Shown piece by piece: positions 28,501 to 34,501 of a DNA stretch of 64,000 bases. Location of the stretch: contig OZ220677.1 of assembly GCA_965116335.1 (NCBI GenBank), positions 922,846-986,845 on the forward strand. The letters are read 5' to 3'. The stretch is from Arenicellales bacterium. Lineage in GTDB: Bacteria; Pseudomonadota; Gammaproteobacteria; Arenicellales; Poriferihabitantaceae. Numbering within the stretch: the stretch's first letter is position 1; each line of letters starts with the position of its first letter. The position numbers were made by a program, and so were the translations under genes. Below the pieces are notes generated by a model. That model was not told the origin of the DNA. It was given only the letters and a program-made list of their open reading frames with translations, and made no database searches.

Positions 28501-29160
28501 TGCCTCGGCGGCACTGTCCATGACTCCAATGATCGGCACCACAATGCCGGGGTCGGAACGCAACGCCACGAGGTTACCGACCTTGAATATCGTCGTTGCT
28601 GCCTGTGAAGAGACAGCAGAAATTTCGCGGTCGCTCGGTGCCGTAATCGAATCAGCGGTATTGTCAGGATGGAGCGAGGAAGTCTGGGGGGCGTCGGACG
28701 GCACCGTCATGTCGGAAAGAGCATCTCTCTTAAACGCTTCGACCGTCGCGACGGAGGCAGGCGTGGCGCCAAGCATATCCAGAACACGAGCAAGTGTGTC
28801 GACATCCCGGTAAAGGTCTTCAGCCCGGACTGGCGACACCGACAGGTGCGCCCATTGATTGCGAACGGCTTGCAGCTCCCTGACCAAAGTGCGTCCCTCG
28901 CGCGGCAGATTGAGCACCTGCGAGAGTTCGTACCAATTCTGGTCCAGGATTCGCAACAGGGCAGCAAAATCTAACTGTTCCAGCTTGGTGAGCCCACGTT
29001 CCTCCACGGTACGCTGCTGTTGGAAGCTCAGACGGTTCGCGACATACGTTTTCCACCAGCCCTCGCCAAGAGTGGACAGGTGAGTCGCAAGAAAAGCGGC
29101 AAGCTCGACAGTTGCGATGCGAATCAGTTCATGCATGAAGTGAAGAGCCGTTGACAACAC
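25540..29160 (-). CDS. SNF2-family helicase with N-terminal HEPN (Swt1-like, RNQWAH) domain, 1206 aa
   Basis: RNQWAH at aa 100-105 (28846..28863). DEVGVGKT (motif I), VIVDEAHHIRN (II), LLSSEVGGEGLDFQ (V), QRIGRIDRYGQ (VI). ~300-aa C-terminal extension. GTG start at 29160; alternative ATG at 29136. Confidence 0.8.
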   Translation of the reverse strand: MLSTALHFMHELIRIATVELAAFLATHLSTLGEGWWKTYVANRLSFQQQRTVEERGLTKLEQLDFAALLRILDQNWYELSQVLNLPREGRTLVRELQAVRNQWAHLSVSPVRAEDLYRDVDTLARVLDMLGATPASVATVEAFKRDALSDMTVPSDAPQTSSLHPDNTADSITAPSDREISAVSSQAATTIFKVGNLVALRSDPGIVVPIIGVMDSAAEARYQVFQDNRQATYYESQLRPLESSDEPSLLSAGEVRAHLTSLHLLSPSTANLYSLRSGRIHFVPYQYRPVLRLIRADRPRLLIADEVGVGKTIEAGLIIKELRARTDISSVLIICPKALVTERKWFVEMKRFDEHFETLDGRMLRHCLREMDLEGEWPDRYAKAILPFSLFDSDLLFGKKVRGARASQGLLALDPPPRFDLVIVDEAHHIRNPDTYLHQAVRYFCDNAQAAVFLTATPVQLGSQDLFTLLNVLRPDLVIDRPSFEQMAAPNGFINAAVGHCRAEGDRWQAEARKCLGQAAQTEWGLLFLRESPAFQDIYDRLAEEHIDDASRIRIIRSLEELYTFSPMINRTRRRDIGEFTTRRPETLTVEFTPDQRRLHDDLLNVVSRILARAHGEQNVKFMMTTIRRQAASCLYGLAPLLRDMLVGKLDSLETTDGTDGETPIDADFLAEIRTDVEMLLEHADDLDSFDPKVQVFISVLRDKGRMDNNKALAFSTFRHTLAYIEKHVADAGLRYGLVHGGVPDDQRAELRRRFASPKDDPEALDVLLSSEVGGEGLDFQFCDLLINYDLPWNPMRIEQRIGRIDRYGQQSESVAIVNLVTPGTVDADIYERCLMRIGVFHHAVGGSEEILGEITREIHNIADSFMLTAEQRAERLQQLGDNKIRQVQEETALEEKQAELFGLTVPNQSWRKEIAEAESFWLSAEALQRCVTIYLSGVSETDGDFLLGDKPLKTLRLGQNIRARLLADFRGQPRSTDPVARQWEKWLRGADPLLPVTFDQEAAAAEPKAVYLNVLHPLLRQAARHLKRSQAVQVSLIASSETVPPGEYPFALYQWRNVGIRSDDTLVSVTENPELDSAVMSLLEVAVDTPDGTLLDEVAIERLDKRHHGKWRAARANHVAENRELVHHRRQSLRTSHGARCKLLEGQVGAATNDKIRRMKESELARANYDYESRIAELERLAESADIHATLVVQGTLKITTDSVQ

Positions 29161-29206
29161 GTGACGATGTCTGAAATCGTTCTGGTGTAGAAAGTTTCAT
29201 GACATC

Positions 29207-29235
29207 CTTATAGACGATGAGTGCGTATACTTCAA
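29207..29235 (-). promoter_or_regulatory. candidate sigma70 promoter of the SNF2/GHKL operon (TTGAAG-N17-TATAAG) with a GTATAC palindrome in the spacer
   Basis: Minus strand reads ccTTGAAGtatacgcactcatcgtcTATAAGg, ~45 nt upstream of the start codon. Confidence 0.45.
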
Positions 29236-29313
29236 GGTCGGGGCGATATGCCACGTATGTTAAAAGCTGGTTTCGGAAACGGAACCCGGCGTATACATTA
29301 GCCGAATCAGTAG

Positions 29314-29364
29314 ATGAACAAATACAAGTATTATGCGCGATGGTCGGATCGGGCAACCGACCCG
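29314..29364 (+). pseudogene. 5' stump (~17 codons) of an RHH/CopG-like regulator gene, paralog of 44081..44389
   Basis: ATGAACAAATACAAGTATTATGCGCGATGGTCGGATCGGGCAACCGACCCG aligns with the first ~51 nt of the intact gene. The upstream GTATACATTAGCCGAATCAGTAG is also shared. Homology stops where the small-gene promoter begins. Confidence 0.7.
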
Positions 29365-29373
29365 GAATCCGGG

Positions 29374-29402
29374 TTGACCCGGCGGCGCAATCCAGCCAGA
29401 AT
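29374..29402 (+). promoter_or_regulatory. sigma70-like promoter TTGACC-N17-CAGAAT of the small TM/coiled-coil gene
   Basis: The same TTGACCCGGCGGCGCAA..CAGAATAG block is repeated upstream of the paralog at 40725..40753 (minus). Confidence 0.6.
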
Positions 29403-29406
29403 AGGG

Positions 29407-29437
29407 ACACCAGAAAAGAACAGACAGGCAACGAACC
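29407..29437 (+). promoter_or_regulatory. conserved A-rich 5' leader ACACCAGAAAAGAACAGACAGGCAACGAACC (copy 1 of 3)
   Basis: Near-identical sequence abuts the ATG of three genes (29438, 40689, 40318). No canonical GGAGG. Confidence 0.6.
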
Positions 29438-29734
29438 ATGACACCAGAACTATACGCAATTATCGGAGTAGGCCTGGCATTGGCCGGAGTACTTATCCCG
29501 GCCAGCAATCGCCAGAGCCGGGATATTGCCGGACTACGGGAACAAATGAACCAGGACATTACCGGACTACGGCAAGAGATCAACCAGGACATTTCCGGAC
29601 TACGGCAGGAAATCAGCCAGCAGGGGCAACAAATCAACCAGGTTGCCCGGCAGGTGGGGCACTTGTCCGGCTTGCTGGAAGGCTTGCGAGGCCGTCCAAT
29701 CGTGACAGAGCAACCGGAAGAAATCCGGGCTTAA
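29438..29734 (+). CDS. small N-terminal-TM coiled-coil protein with 11-residue repeats (98 aa), unknown function
   Basis: LYAIIGVGLALAGVLIP TM, then DI(A/T/S)GLR(E/Q)xxNQ x3, then C-terminal VGHLSGLLEGLRGRPIVTEQPEEIRA shared with the paralog at 40375..40689. Confidence 0.65.
   Translation: MTPELYAIIGVGLALAGVLIPASNRQSRDIAGLREQMNQDITGLRQEINQDISGLRQEISQQGQQINQVARQVGHLSGLLEGLRGRPIVTEQPEEIRA
29522..29620 (+). repeat. in-frame tandem repeat, 3 x 33 nt (GAYATTNCCGGACTACGGSARGARATSARCCAG)
   Basis: Read directly. Encodes DIxGLRxxxNQ hendecads. Confidence 0.85.
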
Positions 29735-29748
29735 GCGACCGGCTGACC

Positions 29749-29769
29749 AGCACGATCCTGAGGTCTTCA
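29749..29769. repeat. right copy of the perfect 21-nt direct repeat AGCACGATCCTGAGGTCTTCA
   Basis: Identical to 22422..22442. Lies 12 nt downstream of the glpD stop, in the convergent intergenic gap. Confidence 0.9.
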
Positions 29770-29780
29770 TTCCCACCTGT

Positions 29781-31400
29781 TCAATTGTCGCCCCTGAAAT
29801 ACTCCTTGAATTTTTCCGGTCCCTGTTCGCCGAACAGACGGTCGCATAACTCCGGCATGCCGGGCATGGTCATTAACTCCTCGCGCCTGTAGAGCAGCGC
29901 CAGCCGAGAGCGTCGGCGCAACAGGTCGGACAACGTGACGACCATTTCATAATCCCGCAAATGATCAATTTCACAAAGACGCAGTCCGGTTCCGGCAATA
30001 GCCGGAGCAGCCAGGGCTGGATTAGCCTCGACCGCATCGAGTATGACGCTGGCTCCGTGGCCGTAACGCCTCCACAGGCGTTCAGCAAGGGGCTCGCCGG
30101 TGTCAGCAGCCCGGTCATCTGTGATACCGGCCTGCGCGGCCTGCGCCAGAAACGCCGCTCGCGCCACCCTGTCTGGTTCACCGTACCAGCGTGGCGGCTT
30201 GCGTGCCAGTGTGATCCCCAGCCTGGAGACCTGTTGGCAGATTTCTTCGCCGATGTTGATGCAGTCGGTCAGCTTGCCCCCGAAGATGCTGATTTGCCGT
30301 CTCGGACGGTTTATCTCCACTACGTGCTTGCGCGAGAGCTGGAGGACATCCATGTCGGTATCGGCGCCTGTAGCAACCACCAGTGGCCGGACTCCGCATC
30401 GCTCGGCGATAATGTCTGATCTCATCAGCGGACGCGGCAGATTCAGTCGGGCATTGATATTGGACAGTATAAAATCCCGGTCCTGATCGGTGACCGCGGT
30501 ATCGTGCGTATCCACGCGGGTATCGGTGGTTCCGATGCAGGTGCGGTTGGCCATTGGGATGGCAAAGAACAAGCGACCATCATCGGCGAAAAAAGTCAGC
30601 ACCTTGTCGCCCTCTCCGATGCGGGGGACGATCAGGTGAACGCCCTTTGACAGGATATGCTGATGCTTCGCCTGGATACCGGCAGTTGCGTTCAATGTAT
30701 CGACACAGGCTCCGGTAGCGTTGATCAGCGCCTTGCTGCGAATCTCGAAATTTTGACCGGAAACGCCATCCTTCGCCAGCGCTCGCCACTGCCTGCCCTC
30801 ATCCCGCAATTCCACTGCTTCCACGTAATTAGCGGCCATACCCCCCTGCTCAAGCGCACAACGGATGAACCCGAAAACAAAACGCGCATCGTTATCAAAC
30901 AGGTAAGCGTCTGAATACTCCAGTCCGCCGATACTGTGGCGGGTATCAATGACTGGCTCCACCGCGCCAATGGTGGCGGCACGCAAATAGCGAGGTGAGC
31001 GGGTATATCCCTGCCCGATCAACCAGTACAACCAGGCTCCGGCCCACAACACAGAAGGGTGATGACGAAAGCCGCGGGAAACCGTGGTCAGGAAGCGAAT
31101 TTCCCGGACAGCGCTGGGAAACTGCCGCATCAGGTCATTGCGCGACTTGCACAACTCCGTCACGAGGCCGAGCTCGCAGCTTTCCATGTACTTGATGCCA
31201 CCCCAGATCAGATTGGATGAATGCTGGCTGGTAAGTCCGGCGAAGTCTCTGCCATCAATCAGGCCAACCTTTACGCCTCGAGCCGCCAGTGACGCGGCGC
31301 ACACGGCGCCATTGATCCCCCCGCCAACGATCAGGACATCCAGAAAGTTGCGCGACAGCGCATCCAGATTTTGTTCACGCAGTGACACTATCCTTAACAA
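29781..31400 (-). CDS. glpD: FAD-dependent glycerol-3-phosphate dehydrogenase
   Basis: LDVLIVGGGINGAVCAASLAARG and HSSNLIWGGIKY motifs. The 597-aa track ORF overlaps the DUF2160 gene, so an internal TTG (31400) or GTG (31388) start is likelier. Start uncertain. Confidence 0.8.
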   Translation of the reverse strand: MLRIVSLREQNLDALSRNFLDVLIVGGGINGAVCAASLAARGVKVGLIDGRDFAGLTSQHSSNLIWGGIKYMESCELGLVTELCKSRNDLMRQFPSAVREIRFLTTVSRGFRHHPSVLWAGAWLYWLIGQGYTRSPRYLRAATIGAVEPVIDTRHSIGGLEYSDAYLFDNDARFVFGFIRCALEQGGMAANYVEAVELRDEGRQWRALAKDGVSGQNFEIRSKALINATGACVDTLNATAGIQAKHQHILSKGVHLIVPRIGEGDKVLTFFADDGRLFFAIPMANRTCIGTTDTRVDTHDTAVTDQDRDFILSNINARLNLPRPLMRSDIIAERCGVRPLVVATGADTDMDVLQLSRKHVVEINRPRRQISIFGGKLTDCINIGEEICQQVSRLGITLARKPPRWYGEPDRVARAAFLAQAAQAGITDDRAADTGEPLAERLWRRYGHGASVILDAVEANPALAAPAIAGTGLRLCEIDHLRDYEMVVTLSDLLRRRSRLALLYRREELMTMPGMPELCDRLFGEQGPEKFKEYFRGDN

Positions 31401-31425
31401 GTCGAATCTTGTGACTGTCAGCCAG

Positions 31426-31719
31426 TCATACCCACCTGAATACGAACAGGAACCAGACCACGGAAATGCCCAGCGGAATCCACAGCGGCGTACCGACCAG
31501 CCCCAGCCACAGCAAGTGAATAAACCCGGCGCCAAGCCATGAAATGAACAAACGGTCGCCACGGGTGGTATCAATCCGCAATATTCCGCGCCGGGGATTG
31601 CCGCCGGGGCTGAATGCCTCCCAGACCCCCATGACGGCTATGGATAGCGCCAGCGCCAGGAAAAACGCGCCGGTAGGCCAGGTCCACGCCATCCAGGTCA
31701 GGTCGAATACGTCGTTCAT
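31426..31719 (-). CDS. DUF2160 small membrane protein
   Basis: 97 aa, 3 TM. This family accompanies ABC-type glycerol/polyol uptake loci. Confidence 0.7.
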   Translation of the reverse strand: MNDVFDLTWMAWTWPTGAFFLALALSIAVMGVWEAFSPGGNPRRGILRIDTTRGDRLFISWLGAGFIHLLWLGLVGTPLWIPLGISVVWFLFVFRWV

Positions 31720-31739
31720 CTGTTCGCTCCCGGGCTCCC

Positions 31740-32546
31740 CTAGACTCGACCCAGCGCGAAGCCGCGAGCAATATAATTACGCACGAAGTAAATCACGAAT
31801 CCACCCGGAACGATGGTCAGGGTTCCGGCGGCAGCCAGCAGTCCCAGCTCATAACCGGATGTACTGGCGGTGCGCGTCATGGTCGCCGCAATCGGCTTGG
31901 CTTCCACCGCAGTCAGCGTCTTGGCGAGCAGCAATTCCACCCATGAGTACATGAAACAGAAAAACATCGCTACGCCGATACCCGCCGCGATAGTCGGGAT
32001 GAATATACGAATAAAAAAGCGCCAGAATGAATATCCGTCCAGCCAGGCGGTTTCATCCAGTTCTTTGGGCACTGCGGACATAAAGCCCTCCAGTATCCAG
32101 ACGGCCAGCGGGATGTTGAACAGGCAATGCGCCAATGCTACGCCGATATGGGTATCGAACAGGTCAATGGCGGAGTAGAGTTGATAGAATGGGAGCGCGA
32201 ATACCGCAGGCGGCGCCATTCGGTTAGTCAACAGCCAGAAAAACAGGTGCTTGTCACCGAGGAAGCGATAGCGGGAAAATGCGTAGGCTGCCGGCAGTGC
32301 CACGCCGACCGAGATCAGGGTGTTCATCACGACATAGCTGATGGAGTTGAGATAACCCGTATACCAGGTGGGATCGGTGAATATCTTGCGATAATTGTCC
32401 AGCGTAAACTCTCTCGGCCAGAGGGAGAACACACCCAGAATCTCATTGGTGGTCTTGAACGACATACTGACCAGCCAATAGATGGGTAACATCAAAAAAA
32501 CGATGTAGAGTGTCGTGACAAGGGCTTTGCTGGTACGGTTTTGCAT
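31740..32546 (-). CDS. carbohydrate ABC transporter permease
   Basis: 268 aa, MalG-type fold with the EAA-like region ETAWLDGYSFWRFFIRIFIP. Confidence 0.85.
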   Translation of the reverse strand: MQNRTSKALVTTLYIVFLMLPIYWLVSMSFKTTNEILGVFSLWPREFTLDNYRKIFTDPTWYTGYLNSISYVVMNTLISVGVALPAAYAFSRYRFLGDKHLFFWLLTNRMAPPAVFALPFYQLYSAIDLFDTHIGVALAHCLFNIPLAVWILEGFMSAVPKELDETAWLDGYSFWRFFIRIFIPTIAAGIGVAMFFCFMYSWVELLLAKTLTAVEAKPIAATMTRTASTSGYELGLLAAAGTLTIVPGGFVIYFVRNYIARGFALGRV

Positions 32547-32549
32547 GGT

Positions 32550-33413
32550 TTAGCGCTCCTCGTCCCGCATCATCAGCGTGTAGAATACCCAGCATACCAG
32601 CAATACCACCAGGAAATAGATCAGTGACATGGCTGCTGCCGGACCGAGATCGAACTGACCGAGCGCAATCTTGACCAGATCAATGGACAGGAATGTAGTG
32701 GTATTGCCGGGGCCGCCGCCGGTCAGCACGAACGGCTCGGTGTAGATCATGAAGCTGTCCATAAAGCGCAACAATATGGCGATGGTCAGCACCCGTTTCA
32801 GCTTGGGTAACTGGATGAAACGCAAAACCGCCCAGCCACTGGCGCCGTCAATACGCGCCGCCTGATAGTAGGCATCCGGGATAGAACACAGTCCGGCATA
32901 GGCCAACAATGCTACCAGAGAAGTCCAGTGCCAGACATCCATGACCACGGTGGTGACCCATGCCGATACCGGCTGTTGGGTGAAGTTGTAGTCTATACCC
33001 AGGCTATTGATGGTTTTACCCAGCAAACCAATGTCCGGCAGAGCGAAAATATTCCACATGGCGCCCACTACATTCCACGGGATCAGAAGCGGCAACGCCA
33101 TGAGTACAAGGCAGACCGAGACCCAGACTCCCTTGCGCGGCATACAAAGAGCCACGGCGACTCCCAGCGGCACCTCGATCAGCAGGATGGTAAAGGTGAA
33201 TGCCAGTTGTCGCATCAGCGAAGCATGGAAGCGTTCAGAGGTCAGCACCTCCTGAAACCAGCCCACGCCATGCCAGAAAAACAGGTTATTGCCAAAGGTT
33301 TCCTGGACTGAATAATTGACCACAGTCATCAACGGGATCAGGGCGTTGAACGCTACCAGCACCACCACCGGCAACACCAGCCACCAGGCTTTGCGGTTAG
33401 CGAGCCCGTTCAT
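32550..33413 (-). CDS. carbohydrate ABC transporter permease
   Basis: 287 aa, MalF-type, with AARIDGASGWAVLRFIQLP. Confidence 0.85.
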   Translation of the reverse strand: MNGLANRKAWWLVLPVVVLVAFNALIPLMTVVNYSVQETFGNNLFFWHGVGWFQEVLTSERFHASLMRQLAFTFTILLIEVPLGVAVALCMPRKGVWVSVCLVLMALPLLIPWNVVGAMWNIFALPDIGLLGKTINSLGIDYNFTQQPVSAWVTTVVMDVWHWTSLVALLAYAGLCSIPDAYYQAARIDGASGWAVLRFIQLPKLKRVLTIAILLRFMDSFMIYTEPFVLTGGGPGNTTTFLSIDLVKIALGQFDLGPAAAMSLIYFLVVLLVCWVFYTLMMRDEER

Positions 33414-34501
33414 GCCGATGCCTCCGGCCGGTCAACCAACCAGCCGTCGAGATAACAGTGAGTGTGTACCGGATCGAACCGTACCGCGGGTTTCTGGTCC
33501 GGGATGCCTGTACCTTCGGGGACGATTATTTTCAACCGTTCAGCGCCAGCCTGCACGTCTGCGACTCGATACCTGCCTAAATCATCGACCTTGTTGATTC
33601 GTACCGGAATGCACGGGTCATGGTCATCGAATTGTATGAATTCAGGGCGCACGCCCAATTCCAGCGTCTCACCATGCAAGCAACTATCCGGCAACGGGCC
33701 GAAATCCCGCTCCAGGCAACGCAACCGACCATCTTCGCAGGTGGCTGGCAGCAGGTTCATGCCGGGAGAGCCAATGAAGTGCCCGACAAATGTATGCCGT
33801 GGCCGCTCGAACAGCTCTACCGGAGTGCCGACCTGAACCACCCGGCCCTGAAACATCACGACGACTCGATCAGCAAAAGTCAACGCTTCGGTCTGGTCAT
33901 GAGTGACGTAGATCATGGTGACGCCAACCTCTTTATGTAGCTGCTTGAGCTTGGAGCGCAACTGCCACTTCAGGTGCGGGTCAATCACTGTCAGCGGTTC
34001 ATCGAACATGATCACATTGACATCCGGGCGCACCAGACCCCTGCCTAATGAAATTTTCTGCTTGCCGTCCGCAGTCAGGCCGGACGCCCGTTTTTGCAGG
34101 GTATCGGACAGATCAAGCATGGCCGCAATCTCCTGTACACGGGGCCGGATTTGTGCTTCGGGAACTGCCCGATTGCGCAGGGGAAACGCCAGATTGTCGT
34201 ATACAGTCATGGTGTCGTATACCACCGGAAACTGGAATACCTGGGCAATATGCCGCTCCGATGTGCTGATACCGTTCACCTCCTGTCCGTCAAACAACAC
34301 CCTGCCCTCGGTCGGACTGATCAGGCCGGAGATGATATTGAGCAACGTAGTCTTGCCGCACCCGGACGGTCCCAACAGGGCATACGCGCTGCCATCCTCC
34401 CAGACCTGATTGACCTCCTCCAACGCCCAAACCGGCTCCTCACTGCGGGCAGCGGGATAGCTGTGGCGAATGCCGTGGAGTTCAATACGCGCCATGTTCA
34501 A
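33410..34501 (-). CDS. ABC transporter ATP-binding protein
   Basis: LLGPSGCGKTT Walker A, LSGGQ-like LTADGKQKISL, IMFDEPL Walker B. Confidence 0.85.
   Translation of the reverse strand: MNMARIELHGIRHSYPAARSEEPVWALEEVNQVWEDGSAYALLGPSGCGKTTLLNIISGLISPTEGRVLFDGQEVNGISTSERHIAQVFQFPVVYDTMTVYDNLAFPLRNRAVPEAQIRPRVQEIAAMLDLSDTLQKRASGLTADGKQKISLGRGLVRPDVNVIMFDEPLTVIDPHLKWQLRSKLKQLHKEVGVTMIYVTHDQTEALTFADRVVVMFQGRVVQVGTPVELFERPRHTFVGHFIGSPGMNLLPATCEDGRLRCLERDFGPLPDSCLHGETLELGVRPEFIQFDDHDPCIPVRINKVDDLGRYRVADVQAGAERLKIIVPEGTGIPDQKPAVRFDPVHTHCYLDGWLVDRPEASA

Noticed and set aside
22400-29160. Assignment of the SNF2/GHKL pair to Zorya, DISARM, BREX, Druantia, Hachiman or a classical R-M type
   Set aside because: The hallmark partners are absent: ZorAB/MotAB-like, DUF1998 + PLD + methylase, PglZ/BrxC/PglX, DruA-D, DUF1837. 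So is any adjacent methyltransferase. The resemblance is limited to having an SF2 helicase.
29196-29264. Possible short upstream ORF (MKLSTPERFQTSSRVVNGSSLHA) overlapping the start of the SNF2 gene
   Set aside because: It has no SD and no conservation evidence, and it lies in the putative promoter/leader. It cannot be distinguished from chance without Ribo-seq or comparative data.
29129-29892. ORFs 29129..29431 (-, 100 aa), 29260..29637 (-, 125 aa) and 29314..29892 (+, 192 aa)
   Set aside because: They span promoter, leader and repeat DNA, or run antisense to the small TM/coiled-coil gene. Only the first ~17 codons of 29314 have a homolog (the RHH gene). The rest is Arg/Pro-rich off-frame sequence.
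29781-31574. Full 597-aa version of glpD starting at 31574
   Set aside because: The extra ~58 N-terminal residues overlap the DUF2160 gene, are Cys/Trp/Gly-rich, and precede the dinucleotide-binding fold by an atypical distance. An internal TTG/GTG start just after the DUF2160 stop fits operon geometry.
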